A stretch of DNA of 64,000 nt from the human T2T-CHM13v2.0 reference genome, Homo sapiens, in the NCBI RefSeq assembly GCF_009914755.1, contig NC_060948.1, one strand, 5' to 3'. The notes beneath the pieces were generated by a model. That model saw only the letters and a program-made list of their open reading frames with translations. It ran no database searches and was not told where the DNA came from. The position numbers were made by a program, and so were the translations under genes. Positions 38,509-57,866 of this stretch are shown in pieces (within the stretch, counting starts at the first letter, position 1; every line of letters begins with the position of its first letter).

Positions 38509-40613
38509 AGATCCATATTTTTTAAATGAAAAAAAATTTCAAAGGTACTCTGCTTGGTACAATAATCAAATGTATAAACTGAGGAATAAAACATAACCAT
38601 GAAACCTACTTATAACTGCATATGGAAAATACAGAGGATAATTTTTTAAATAACATATTTTGAAAGCCTTAACTAGTAATTTGAAGAGTTGGCATTTGAA
38701 AGGCCAGTATGAATATACCTTCAAAGCAGCAACACAGGTTCCCCATGAGAAAAAGCAAACACAGGGAAAATAAAAACACAAAGGTTCAATCTCTTCTGAC
38801 CTTTGAAAGACACAGCACAGACAGTGGTCCTTAGGACGAAGAGCAGGAGACCCCTAATTCCGTCACCATGGCGATAGGGCATAAACATTGCTGGGTGAGG
38901 GCACAATCCACATTGTGAGGTCCAACTGCTGCCAGGAAGACAGGAGTGCTTTTACATAGACCGAAAGGTCATTGAAGGCTCAGAGTTTTGTTTCAAGAAC
39001 TGAATCCCAAGCCCACACGTTATTAGGCTGCGCTTCTTAAAACAAGTTATGAGATGGGAAAAAGGGCACCCACATACATACGTATACATTATGTATATAA
39101 TAATATACAGTGTCATATATAAAATATATATAACCTATGTATAACATTGTTTTACATCCTGCATCTTATGTTATATATATTGTATAAAATATAATAATTG
39201 ATAATATATAAGTTTTATAATTATACAATATGACATATAGTATATATTATAATTTATGACATATATAATATATGTTATATGTCATATATAGAATATATTA
39301 TACGGTTAATATACGTATTAAATATAAATTATACATTATATATATTATATATAATATGTCTGTTATATATAATAACCATTATGCATAATATATATATTAT
39401 GTCTATGTTATATATAGTATAAAACAACATATAATAATATATAATTGTATATATAAAATGCGACATATAATATATATTATATTTTATAACATATGTAATA
39501 TATATTTTATATTATATATAATACGTTGTATGTATAATACCTATATTAAATATATATTATATGACTATGTTATTAATTACATGTCACATGTGTTATATAT
39601 TATATATTTTACATAGAATATACAGGTTGCATACAATATATACTATGTTACCTATAATGTATAATTTATTACATGTAAAATAAAGAATGCAATATATTAT
39701 GTAAAATTTATAATATACCATATGTGAAATGTGATATATATAACATATAATATATGATATATGATATACAGTGTATGATATATAACATAAAATATATGAT
39801 TCCTAATATATATGGTATACAATATATATTTTATGATATGTATTCTATATGTTTTATATTCTGTTATATATAACTATTTGAAATTATATATAACTGTATA
39901 ATATTTTATGTAAATATGTAATATAATATATATAACTATATAATATATTTTATATAACTATATATTATGTTATATATACTTTTATAACATAATTTACATA
40001 AAATATCATAATATAATATATATTATATTATTTCATATTACATAATATATATTACATATCACCCAATATAAGTAACATACATAATATTATAATATAGATT
40101 ATATTATGTTATATTAAATATCATATATATCATGTATCATATATTCTATAATATATATTACACATTATATAATATGTATGTTGTCTATTATGTGATATAT
40201 ATAACAATAAATATAATTATATTTTTATACATATAACTAGATAAACATGTAATTCTACATATTTTCATTTATAATATGTAGAATTATATAATCATATATA
40301 ATTATTTATATTCTATAAAAAATTTTATCATTATATAAATTATAATATATAAAAATTATAATATGTACTACAAATATATATATTATATATCATATATGAT
40401 ATAGTACCTTTGTTATATATCATAATACATATAAATGTGTATTATGTTATCTATAATTATATAATTTCATATATAAGATGTATAATATGTATCATATATT
40501 ATATATGTTATGTACTATATATAGTATATATAAGATGACACAGGATAAATATTATATACTATGACATATAAAATATATGAGGTTATATGTTACATATAAG
40601 GCATAGCACATAA

Positions 40614-40928
<315 letters not shown>

Positions 40929-43033
40929 AGATCCATATTTTTTAAATGAAAAAAAATTTCAAAGGTACTCTGCTTGGTACAATAATCAAATGTATAAACT
41001 GAGGAATAAAACATAACCTTGAAACCTACTTATAACTGCATATGGAAAATACAGAGGATAATTTTTTAAATAACATATTTTGAAAGCCTTAACTAGTAAT
41101 TTGAAGAGTTGGCATTTGAAAGGCCAGTATGAATATACCTTCAAAGCAGCAACACAGGTTCCCCATGAGAAAAAGCAAACACAGGGAAAATAAAAACACA
41201 AAGGTTCAATCTCTTCTGACCTTTGAAAGACACAGCACAGACAGTGGTCCTTAGGACGAAGAGCAGGAGACCCCTAATTCCGTCACCATGGCGATAGGGC
41301 ATAAACATTGCTGGGTGAGGGCACAATCCACATTGTGAGGTCCAACTGCTGCCAGGAAGACAGGAGTGCTTTTACATAGACCGAAAGGTCATTGAAGGCT
41401 CAGAGTTTTGTTTCAAGAACTGAATCCCAAGCCCACACGTTATTAGGCTGCGCTTCTTAAAACAAGTTATGAGATGGGAAAAAGGGAACCCACAAACATA
41501 CGTATACATTATGTATATAATAATATACAGTGTCATATATAAAATATATATAACCTATGTATAACATTGTTTTACATCCTGCATCTTATGTTATATATAT
41601 TGTATAAAATATAATAATTGATAATATATAAGTTTTATAATTATACAATATGACATATAGTATATATTATAATTTATGACATATATAATATATGTTATAT
41701 GTCATATATAGAATATATTATACGGTTAATATACGTATTAAATATAAATTATACATTATATATATTATATATAATATATCTGTTATATATAATAACCATT
41801 ATGCATAATATATATATTATGTCTATGTTATATATAGTATAAAACAACATATAATAATATATAATTGTATATATAAAATGCGACATATAATATATATTAT
41901 ATTTTATAACATATGTAATATATATTTTATATTATATATAATACGTTGTATGTATAATACCTATATTAAATATATATTATATGACTATGTTATTAATTAC
42001 ATGTCACATGTGTTATATATTATATATTTTACATAGAATATACCGGTTGCATACAATATATACTATGTTACCTATAATGTATAATTTATTACATGTAAAA
42101 TAAAGAATGCAATATATTATGTATCATTTATAATATACCATATGTGGAATGTGATATATATAACATATAATATATGATATATGATATACAGTATATGATA
42201 TATAACATACGATATATGATTCCTAATATATATGGTATACAATATATATTTTATGATATGTATTCTATGTGTTTTATATTCTGTTATATATAACTATTTG
42301 AAATTATATATAACTGTATAATATTTTATGTAAATATGTAATATAATATATATAACTATATAATATATTATATATAACTATATATTATGTTATATATACT
42401 TTTATAACATAATTTACATAAAATATCATAATATAATATATATTATATTATTTCATATTACATAATATATATTACATATCACCCAATATATCTAACATAC
42501 ATAATATTATAATATAGATTATATTGTGTTATATTAAATATCATATATATCATGTATCATATATTCTATAATATATATTACACATTATATAATCTGTATG
42601 TTGTTTATTATGTGATATATATAACTATATATATAATTATATTTTTATACATATAACTAGATAAACATGTAATTCTACATATTTTCATTTATAATATGTA
42701 GAATTATATAATCATATATAATTATTTATATTCTATAAAAAATTTTATCATTATATAAATTATAATATATAAAAATTATAATATGTACTACAAATATATA
42801 TATTATATATCATATATGATATAGTACCTTTGTTATATATCATAATACATATAAATGTGTATTATGTTATCTATAATTATATAATTTCATATATAAGATA
42901 TATAATATGTATCATATATTATATATGTTATGTAATATATATAGTATATATAAGATGACACAGGATAAATATTATATACTATGACATATAAAATATATGA
43001 GGTTATATGTTACATATAAGGCATAGCACATAA

Positions 43034-43348
<315 letters not shown>

Positions 43349-45476
43349 AGATCCATATTTTTTAAATGAAAAAAAATTTCAAAGGTACTCTGCTTGGTAC
43401 AATAATCAAATGTATAAACTGAGGAATAAAACATAACCATGAAACCTACTTATAACTGCATATGGAAAATACAGAGGATAATTTTTTAAATAACATATTT
43501 TGAAAGCCTTAACTAGTAATTTGAAGAGCTGGCATTTGAAAGGCCAGTATGAATATACCTTCAAAGCAGCAACACAGGTTCCCCATGAGAAAAAGCAAAC
43601 ACAGGGAAAATAAAAACACAAAGGTTCAATCTCTTCTGACCTTTGAAAGACACAGCACAGACAGTGGTCCTTAGGACGAAGAGCAGGAGACCCCTAATTC
43701 CGTCACCATGGCGATAGGGCATAAACATTGCTGGGTGAGGGCACAATCAACATTGTGAGGTCCAACTGCTGCCAGGAAGACAGGAGTGCTTTTACATAGA
43801 CCGAAAGGTCATTAAAGGCTCAGAGTTTTGTTTCAAGAACTGAATCCCAAGCCCACACGTTATTAGGCTGCGCTTCTTAAAACAAGTTATGAGATGGGAA
43901 AAAGGGCACCCACAAACATACGTATACATTATGTATATAATAATATACAGTATCATATATATAATATATATAACCTATGTATAATATTGTTTTACATCCT
44001 GCATCTTATGTTATATATATTGTATAAAATATAATAATTGATAATATATAAATTTTATAATTATACAATATGACATATAGTATATATTATAATTTATGAC
44101 ATATATAATATATGTTATATGTCATATATAGAATATATTATACGGTTAATATACGTATTAAATATAAATTATACATTATATATATTATATATAATATATC
44201 TGTTATATATAATACCCATTATGCATAATATATATATTATGTCTATGTTATATATAGTATAAAACAACAAATAATAATATATAATTGTATATATAAAATG
44301 CGACATATAATATATATTATATTTTATAACATATGTAATATATATTATATATTATATATAATACGTTGTATGTATAATACCTATATTAAATATATATTAT
44401 ATGACTATGTTATTAATTACATGTCACATGTGTTATATGTTATATATTTTACATAGAATATACCGTTTACATACAATATAAACTATGTTACCTATAATGT
44501 ATAATTTATTACATGTAAAATAAAGAATGCAATATATTATGTATAATTTATAATATACCATATGTGGAATGTGATATATATAACATATAATATATGATAT
44601 ATGATATACAGTATATGATATATAACATAAAATATATGATTCCTAATATATATGGTATACAATATATATTTTATGATATGTATTCTATATGTTTTATATT
44701 CTGTTATATATAACTATTTGAAATTATATATAACTGTATAATATTTTATGTAAATATGTAATATAATATATATAACTATATAATATATTATATATAACTA
44801 TATATTATGTTATATATACTTTTATAACATAATTTACATAAAATATCATAATATAATATATATTATATTATTTCATATTACATAATATATATTACATATC
44901 ACCCAATATAACTAACATACATAATATTATAATATAGATTATATTGTGTTATATTAAATATCATATATATCATGTATCATATATTCTATAATATATATTA
45001 CACAGTATATAATATGTATGTTGTCTATTATGTGATATATATAACTATATATATAATTATATTTTTATACATATAACTAGATAAACATGTAATTCTACAT
45101 ATTTTCATTTATAATATGTAGAATTATATAATCATATATAATTATTTATATTCTATAAAAAATTTTATCATTATATAAATTATAATATATAAAAATTATA
45201 ATATGTACTACAAATATATATATTATATATCATATATGATATAGTACCTTTGTTATATATCATAATACATATAAATGTGTATTATGTTATCTATAATTAT
45301 ATAATTTCATATATAAGATGTATAATATGTATCATATATTATATATGTTATGTAATATATATAGTATATATAAGATGACACAGGATAAATATTATATACT
45401 ATGACATATAAAATATATGAGGTTATATGTTACATATAAGGCATAGCACATAACATGTAATATATATCATATATAA

Positions 45477-45768
45477 TTTTTTTTTAGACAGAATCTTGTC
45501 CTGTTGCACAGGGTGGGGTACAATGGCGCCATCTTTGCTCACTGCAACTTCTCCCTCACGGGTCCAAGCGATTGTCCTCCCTCAGCCTCCCAGGTAGCTG
45601 GGACTACACCACACTGGGACTACACCAGCTGCCACCATGCCTAGCTAATTTTTTGGATTTTTAGTAGTGACAGCGTTTCACTGTATTGGCCAGGATGGTC
45701 TTGATCTCTTCACCTTGTGATCCCCTTGCCTTGGCCTCCAAATTTGCTGGGATTACAGGCCTGAGCCA
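45477..45768 (-). mobile_element. Embedded Alu, DYZ2 unit 19
   Basis: Same motifs as 1940-2230. Confidence 0.9.
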
Positions 45769-47896
45769 AGATCCATATTTTTTAAATGAAAAAAAATTTC
45801 AAAGGTACTCTGCTTGGTACAATAATCAAATGTATAAACTGAGGAATAAAACATAACCATGAAACCTACTTATAACTGCATATGGAAAATACAGAGGATA
45901 ATTTTTTAAATAACATATTTTGAAAGCCTTAACTAGTAATTTGAAGAGTTGGCATTTGAAAGGCCAGTATGAATATACCTTCAAAGCAGCAACACAGGTT
46001 CCCCATGAGAAAAAGCAAACACAGGGAAAATACAAACACAAAGGTTCAATCTCTTCTGACCTTTGAAAGACACAGCACAGACAGTGGTCCTTAGGACGAA
46101 GAGCAGGAGACCCCTAATTCCGTCACCATGGCGATAGGGCATAAACATTGCTGGGTGAGGGCACAATCCACATTGTGAGGTCCAACTGCTGCCAGGAAGA
46201 CAGGAGTGCTTTTACATAGACCGAAAGGTCATTGAAGGCTCAGAGTTTTGTTTCAAGAACTGAATCCCAAGCCCACACGTTATTAGGCTGCGCTTCTTAA
46301 AACAAGTTATGAGATGGGAAAAAGGGCACCCACAAACATACGTATACATTATGTATATAATAATATACAGTATCATATATATAATATATATAACCTATGT
46401 ATAATATTGTTTTACATCCTGCATCTTATGTTATATATATTGTATAAAATATAATAATTGATAATATATAAGTTTTATAATTATACAATATGACATATAG
46501 TATATATTATAATTTATGACATATATAATATATGTTATATGTCATATATAGAATATATTATACGGTTAATATTCGTATTAAATATAAATTATACATTATA
46601 TATATTATATATAATATATCTGTTATATATAATACCCATTATGCATAATATATATATTATGTCTATGTTATATATAGTATAAAACAACATATAATAATAT
46701 ATAATTGTATATATAAAATGCGACATATAATATATATTATATTTTATAACATATGTAATATATATTATATATTATATATAATACGTTGTATGTATAATAC
46801 CTATATTAAATATATATTATATGACTATGTTATTAATTACATGTCACATGTGTTATATATTATATATTTTACATAGAATATACCGGTTACATACAATATA
46901 TACTATGTTACCTATAATGTATAATTTATTACATGTAAAATAAAGAATGCAATATATTATGTAAAATTTATAATATACCATATGTGAAATGTGATATATA
47001 TAACATATAATATATGATATATGATATACAGTGTATGATATATAACATACAATATATGATTCCTAATATATATGGTATACAATATATATTTTATGATATG
47101 TATTCTATATGTTTTATATTCTGTTATATATAACTATTTGAAATTATATATAACTGTATAATATTTTATGTAAATATGTAATATAATATATATAACTATA
47201 TAATATATTTTATATAACTATATATTATGTTATATATACTTTTATAACATAATTTACATAAAATATCATAATATAATATATATTATATTATTTCATATTA
47301 CATAATATATATTACATATCACCCAATATAACTAACATACATAATATTATAATATAGATTATATTATGTTATATTAAATATCATATATATCATGTATCAT
47401 ATATTCTATAATATATATTACACATTATATAATATGTATGTTGTCTATTATGTGATATATATAACAATATATATAATTATATTTTTATACATATAACTAG
47501 ATAAACATGTAATTCTACATATTTTCATTTATAATATGTAGAATTATATAATCATATATAATTATTTATATTCTATAAAAAATTTTATCATTATATAAAT
47601 TATAATATATAAAAATTATAATATGTATTACAAATATATATATTATACATCATATATGATATAGTACCTTTGTTATATATCATAATACATATAAATGTGT
47701 ATTATGTTATCTATAATTATATATTTTCATATATAAGATGTATAATATGTATCATATATTATATATGTTATGTAATATATATAGTATATATAAGATGACA
47801 CAGGATAAATATTATATACTATGACATATAAAATATATCAGGTTATATGTTACATATAAGGCATAGCACATAACATGTAATATATATCATATATAA

Positions 47897-48188
47897 TTTT
47901 TTTTTAGACAGAATCTTGTCCTGTTGCACAGGGTGGGGTACAATGGCGCCATCTTTGCTCACTGCAAATTCTGCCTCACGGGTCCAAGCGATTGTCCTCC
48001 CTCAGCCTCCCAGGTAGCTGGGACTACACCACACTGGGACTACACCAGCTGCCACCATGCCTAGCTAATTTTTTGGATTTTTAGTAGTGACAGCGTTTCA
48101 CTGTATTGGCCAGGATGGTCTTGATCTCTTCACCTTGTGATCCCCTTGCCTTGGCCTCCAAATTTGCTGGGATTACAGGCCTGAGCCA
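47897..48188 (-). mobile_element. Embedded Alu, DYZ2 unit 20
   Basis: Same motifs as 1940-2230. Confidence 0.9.
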
Positions 48189-50316
48189 AGATCCATATTT
48201 TTTAAATGAAAAAAAATTTCAAAGTTACTCTGCTTGCTACAATAATCAAATGTATAAACTGAGGAATAAAACATAACCATGAAACCTACTTATAACTGCA
48301 TATGGAAAATACAGAGGATAATTTTTTAAATAACATATTTTGAAAGCCTTAACTAGTAATTTGAAGAGTTGGCATTTGAAAGGCCAGTATGAATATACCT
48401 TCAAAGCAGCAACACAGGTTCCCCATGAGAAAAAGCAAACACAGGGAAAATAAAAACACAAAGGTTCAATCTCTTCTGACCTTTGAAAGACACAGCACAG
48501 ACAGTGGTCCTTAGGACGAAGAGCAGGAGACCCCTAATTCCGTCACCATGGCGATAGGGCATAAACATTGCTGGGTGAGGGCACAATCCACATTGTGAGG
48601 TCCAACTGCTGCCAGGAAGACAGGAGTGCTTTTACATAGACCGAAAGGTCATTGAAGGCTCAGAGTTTTGTTTCAAGAACTGAATCTCAAGCCCACACGT
48701 TATTAGGCTGCGCTTCTTAAAACAAGTTATGAGATGGGAAAAAGGGCACCCACAAACATACGTATACATTATGTATATAATAATATACAGTATCATATAT
48801 ATAATATATATAACCTATGTATAATATTGTTTTACATCCTGCATCTTATGTTATATATATTGTATAAAATATAATAATTGATAATATATAAGTTTTATAA
48901 TTATACAATATGACATATAGTATATATTATAATTTATGACATATATAATATATGTTATATGTCATATATAGAATATATTATACGGTTAATATTCGTATTA
49001 AATATAAATTATACATTATATATATTATATATAATATATCTGTTATATATAATACCCATTATGCATAATATATATATTATGTCTATGTTATATATAGTAT
49101 AAAACAACATATAATAATATATAATTGTATATATAAAATGCGACATATAATATATATTATATTTTATAACATATGTAATATATATTATATATTATATATA
49201 ATACGTTGTATGTATAATACCTATATTAAATATATATTATATGACTATGTTATTAATTACATGTCACATGTGTTATATATTATATATTTTACATAGAATA
49301 TACCGGTTACATACAATATATACTATGTTACCTATAATGTATAATTTATTACATGTAAAATAAAGAATGCAATATATTATGTAAAATTTATAATATACCA
49401 TATGTGAAATGTGATATATATAACATATAATATATGATATATGATATACAGTGTATGATATATAACATACAATATATGATTCCTAATATATATGGTATAC
49501 AATATATATTTTATGATATGTATTCTATATGTTTTATATTCTGTTATATATAACTATTTGAAATTATATATAACTGTATAATATTTTATGTAAATATGTA
49601 ATATAATATATATAACTATATAATATATTTTATATAACTATATATTATGTTATATATACTTTTATAACATAATTTACATAAAATATCATAATATAATATA
49701 TATTATATTATTTCATATTACATAATATATATTACATATCACCCAATATAACTAACATACATAATATTATAATATAGATTATATTATGTTATATTAAATA
49801 TCATATATATCATGTATCATATATTCTATAATATATATTACACATTATATAATATGTATGTTGTCTATTATGTGATATATATAACAATATATATAATTAT
49901 ATTTTTATACATATAACTAGATAAACATGTAATTCTACATATTTTCATTTATAATATGTAGAATTATATAATCATATATAATTATTTATATTCTATAAAA
50001 AATTTTATCATTATATAAATTATAATATATAAAAATTATAATATGTATTACAAATATATATATTATACATCATATATGATATAGTACCTTTGTTATATAT
50101 CATAATACATATAAATGTGTATTATGTTATCTATAATTATATATTTTCATATATAAGATGTATAATATGTATCATATATTATATATGTTATGTAATATAT
50201 ATAGTATATATAAGATGACACAGGATAAATATTATATACTATGACATATAAAATATATCAGGTTATATGTTACATATAAGGCATAGCACATAACATGTAA
50301 TATATATCATATATAA

Positions 50317-50608
50317 TTTTTTTTTAGACAGAATCTTGTCCTGTTGCACAGGGTGGGGTACAATGGCGCCATCTTTGCTCACTGCAAATTCTGCCTCACG
50401 GGTCCAAGCGATTGTCCTCCCTCAGCCTCCCAGGTAGCTGGGACTACACCACACTGGGACTACACCAGCTGCCACCATGCCTAGCTAATTTTTTGGATTT
50501 TTAGTAGTGACAGCGTTTCACTGTATTGGCCAGGATGGTCTTGATCTCTTCACCTTGTGATCCCCTTGCCTTGGCCTCCAAATTTGCTGGGATTACAGGC
50601 CTGAGCCA
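50317..50608 (-). mobile_element. Embedded Alu, DYZ2 unit 21
   Basis: Same motifs as 1940-2230. Confidence 0.9.
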
Positions 50609-52711
50609 AGATCCATATTTTTTAAATGAAAAAAAATTTCAAAGTTACTCTGCTTGCTACAATAATCAAATGTATAAACTGAGGAATAAAACATAACCAT
50701 GAAACCTACTTATAACTGCATATGGAAAATACAGAGGATAATTTTTTAAATAACATATTTTGAAAGCCTTAACTAGTAATTTGAAGAGTTGGCATTTGAA
50801 AGGCCAGTATGAATATACCTTCAAAGCAGCAACACAGGTTCCCCATGAGAAAAAGCAAACACAGGGAAAATAAAAACACAAAGGTTCAATCTCTTCTGAC
50901 CTTTGAAAGACACAGCACAGACAGTGGTCCTTAGGACGAAGAGCAGGAGACCCCTAATTCCGTCACCATGGCGATAGGGCATAAACATTGCTGGGTGAGG
51001 GCACAATCCACATTGTGAGGTCCAACTGCTGCCAGGAAGACAGGAGTGCTTTTACATAGACCGAAAGGTCATTGAAGGCTCAGAGTTTTGTTTCAAGAAC
51101 TGAATCTCAAGCCCACACGTTATTAGGCTGCGCTTCTTAAAACAAGTTATGAGATGGGAAAAAGGGCACCCACAAACATACGTATACATTATGTATATAA
51201 TAATATACAGTATCATATATATAATATATATAACCTATGTATAATATTGTTTTACATCCTGCATCTTATGTTATATATAGTATAAAATATAATAATTGAT
51301 AATATATAAGTTTTATAATTATACAATATGACATATAGTATATATTATAATTTATGACATATATAATATATGTTATATGTCATATATAGAATATATTATA
51401 CGGTTAATATACGTATTAAATATAAATTATACATTATTTATATTATATATAATATATCTGTTATATATAATACCCATTATGCATAATATATATATTATGT
51501 CTATGTTATATATAGTATAAAACAACATATAATAATATATAATTGTATATATAAAATGCGACATATAATATATATTATATTTTATAACATATGTAATATA
51601 TATTATATATTATATATAATACGTTGTATGTATAATACCTATATTAAATATATATTATATGACTATGTTATTAATTACATGTCACATGTGTTATATATTA
51701 TATATTTTACATAGAATATACCGGTTACATACAATATATACTATGTTACCTATAATGTATAATTTATTACATGTAAAATAAAGAATGCAATATATTATGT
51801 AAAATTTATAATATACCATGTGTGGAATGTGATATATATAACATATAATATATGATATATGATATACAGTGTATGATATATAACATACAATATATGATTC
51901 CTAATATATATGGTATACAATATATATTTTATGATATGTATTCTATATGTTTTATATTCTGTTATATATAACTATTTGAAATTATATATAACTGTATATT
52001 ATTTTATGTAAATATGTAATATAATATATATAACTATATAATATATTTTATATAACTATATATTATGTTATATATACTTTTATAACATAATTAACATAAA
52101 ATATCATAATATAATATATATTATATTATTTCATATTACATAATATATATTACATATAACCCAATATAACTAACATACATAATATTATAATATAGATTAT
52201 ATTATGTTATATTAAATATCATATATATCATGTATCATATATTCTATAATATATATTACACATTATATAATATGTATGTTGTCTATTATGTGATATATAT
52301 AACTCTATATATAATTATATTTTTATACATATAACTAGATAAACATGTAATTCTACATATTTTCATTTATAATATGTAGAATTATATAATCATATATAAT
52401 TATTTATATTCTATAAAAAATTTTATCATTATATAAATTATAATATATAAAAATTATAATATGTACTACAAATATATATATTATATATCATATATGATAT
52501 AGTACCTTTGTTATATATCATAATACATATAAATGTGTATTATGATATCTATAATTATATAATTTCATATATAAGATGTATAATATGTATCATATATTAT
52601 ATATGTTATGTAATATATATAGTATATATAAGATGACACAGGATAAATATTATATACTATGACATATAAAATATATGAGGTTATATGTTACATATAAGGC
52701 ATAGCACATAA

Positions 52712-53026
<315 letters not shown>

Positions 53027-55131
53027 AGATCCATATTTTTTAAATGAAAAAAAATTTCAAAGGTACTCTGCTTGGTACAATAATCAAATGTATAAACTGA
53101 GGAATAAAACATAACCATGAAACCTACTTATAACTGCATATGGAAAATACAGAGGATAATTTTTTAAATAACATATTTTGAAAGCCTTAACTAGTAATTT
53201 GAAGAGTTGGCATTTGAAAGGCCAGTATGAATATACCTTCAAAGCAGCAACACAGGTTCCCCATGAGAAAAAGCAAACACAGGGAAAATAAAAACACAAA
53301 GGTTCAATCTCTTCTGACCTTTGAAAGACACAGCACAGACAGTGGTCCTTAGGACGAAGAGCAGGAGACCCCTAATTCCGTCACCATGGCGATAGGGCAT
53401 AAACATTGCTGGGTGAGGGCACAATCCACATTGTGAGGTCCAACTGCTGCCAGGAAGACAGGAGTGCTTTTACATAGACCGAAAGGTCATTGAAGGCTCA
53501 GAGTTTTGTTTCAAGAACTGAATCCCAAGCCCACACGTTATTAGGCTGTGCTTCTTAAAACAAGTTATGAGATGGGAAAAAGGGCACCCACAAACATACG
53601 TATACATTATGTATATAATAATATACAGTGTCATATATATAATATATGTAACCTATGTATAATATTGTTTTACATCCTGCATCTTATGTTATATATATTG
53701 TATAAAATATAATAATTGATAATATATAAGTTTTATAATTATACAATATGACATATAGTATATATTATAATTTATGACATATATAATATATGTTATATGT
53801 CATATATAGAATATATTATACGGTAAATATACGTATTAAATATAAATTATACATTATATATATTATATATAATATATCTGTTATATATAATAACCATTAC
53901 GCATAACATATATATTATGTCTATGTTATATATAGTATAAAACAACATATAATAATATATAATTGTATATATAAAATGCGACATATAATATATATTATAT
54001 TTTATAACATATGTAATATATATTTTATATTATATATAATACGTTGTATGTATAATACCTATATTAAATATATATTATATGACTATGTTATTAATTACAT
54101 GTCACATGTGTTATATATTATATATTTTACATAGAATATACCGGTTGCATACAATATATACTATGTTACCTATAATGTATAATTTATTACATGTAAAATA
54201 AAGAATGCAATATATTATGTATAATTTATAATATACGATATGTGGAATGTGATATATATAACATATAATATATGATATATGATATACAGTATATGATATA
54301 TAACATACGATATATGATTCCTAATATATATGGTATACAATACATATTTTATGATATGTATTCTATGTGTTTTATATTCTGTTATATATAACTATTTGAA
54401 AGTATATATAACTGTATAATATTTTATGTAAATATGTAATATAATATATATAACTATATAATATATTATATATAACTATATATTATGTTATATATACTTT
54501 TATAACATAATTTACATAAAATATCATAATATAATATATATTATATTATTTCATATTACATAATATATATTACATATCACCCAATATAACTAACATACAT
54601 AATATTATAATATAGATTATATTGTGTTATATTAAATATCATATATATCATGTATCATATATTCTATAATATATATTACACATTATATAATATGTATGTT
54701 GTCTATTATGTGATATATATAACTATATATATAATTATATTTTTATACATATAACTAGATAAACATGTAATTGTACATATTTTAATTTATAATATGTAGA
54801 ATTATATAATCATATATAATTATTTATATTCTATAAAAAATTTTATCATTATATAAATTATAATATATAAAAATTATAATATGTACTACAAATATATATA
54901 TTATATATCATATATGATATAGTACCTTTGTTATATATCATAATACATATAAATGTGTATTATGTTATCTATAATTATATAATTTCATATATAAGATGTA
55001 TAATATGTATCATATATTATATATGTTATGTACTATATATAGTATATATAAGATGACACAGGATAAATATTATATACTATGACATATAAAATATATGAGG
55101 TTATATGTTACATATAAGGCATAGCACATAA

Positions 55132-55446
<315 letters not shown>

Positions 55447-57551
55447 AGATCCATATTTTTTAAATGAAAAAAAATTTCAAAGGTACTCTGCTTGGTACAA
55501 TAATCAAATGTATAAACTGAGGAATAAAACATAACCATGAAACCTACTTATAACTGCATATGGAAAATACAGAGGATAATTTTTTAAATAACATATTTTG
55601 AAAGCCTTAACTAGTAATTTGAAGAGTTGGCATTTGAAAGGCCAGTATGAATATACCTTCAAAGCAGCAACACAGGTTCCCCATGAGAAAAAGCAAACAC
55701 AGGGAAAATAAAAACACAAAGGTTCAATCTCTTCTGACCTTTGAAAGACACAGCACAGACAGTGGTCCTTAGGACGAAGAGCAGGAGACCCCTAATTCCG
55801 TCACCATGGCGATAGGGCATAAACATTGCTGGGTGAGGGCACAATCCACATTGTGAGGTCCAACTGCTGCCAGGAAGACAGGAGTGCTTTTACATAGACC
55901 GAAAGGTCATTGAAGGCTCAGAGTTTTGTTTCAAGAACTGAATCCCAAGCCCACACGTTATTAGGCTGCGCTTCTTAAAACAAGTTATGAGATGGGAAAA
56001 AGGGCACCCACAAACATACGTATACATTATGTATATAATAATATACAGTGTCATATATATAATATATGTAACCTATGTATAATATTGTTTTACATCCTGC
56101 ATCTTATGTTATATATATTGTATAAAATATAATAATTGATAATATATAAGTTTTATAATTATACAATATGACATATAGTATATATTATAATTTATGACAT
56201 ATATAATATATGTTATATGTCATATATAGAATATATTATACGGTTAATATACGTATTAAATATAAATTATACATTATATATATTATATATAATATATCTG
56301 TTATATATAATAACCATTACGCATAATATATATATTATGTCTATGTTATATATAGTATAAAACAACATATAATAATATATAATTGTATATATAAAATGCG
56401 ACATATAATATATATTATATTTTATAACATATGTAATATATATTTTATATTATATATAATACGTTGTATGTATAATACCTATATTAAATATATATTATAT
56501 GACTATGTTATTAATTACATGTCAAATGTGTTATATATTATATATTTTACATAGAATATACCGGTTGCATACAATATATACCATGTTACCTATAATGTAT
56601 AATTTATTACATGTAAAATAAAGAATGCAATATATTATGTATAATTTATAATATACCATATGTGGAATGTGATATATATAACATATAATATATGATATAT
56701 GATATACAGTATATGATATATAACATACGATATATGATTCCTAATATATATGGTATACAATACATATTTTATGATATGTATTCTATGTGTTTTATATTCT
56801 GTTATATATAACTATTTGAAAGTATATATAACTGTATAATATTTTATGTAAATATGTAATATAATATATATAACTATATAATATATTATATATAACTATA
56901 TATTATGTTATATATACTTTTATAACATAATTTACATAAAATATCATAATATAATATATATTATATTATTTCATATTACATAATATATATTACATATCAC
57001 CCAATATAACTAACATACATAATATTATAATATAGATTATATTGTGTTATATTAAATATCATATATATCATGTATCATATATTCTATAATATATATTACA
57101 CATTATATAATATGTATGTTGTCTATTATGTGATATATATAACTATATATATAATTATATTTTTATACATATAACTAGATAAACATGTAATTCTACATAT
57201 TTTCATTTATAATATGTAGAATTATATAATCATATATAATTATTTATATTCTATAAAAAATTTTATCATTATATAAATTATAATATATAAAAATTATAAT
57301 ATGTACTACAAATATATATATTATATATCATATATGATATAGTACCTTTGTTATATATCATAATACATATAAATGTGTATTATGTTATCTATAATTATAT
57401 AATTTCATATATAAGATGTATAATATGTATCATATATTATATATGTTATCTACTCTATATAGTATATATAAGATGACACAGGATAAATATTATATACTAT
57501 GACATATAAAATATATCAGGTTATATGTTACATATAAGGCATAGCACATAA

Positions 57552-57866
<315 letters not shown>

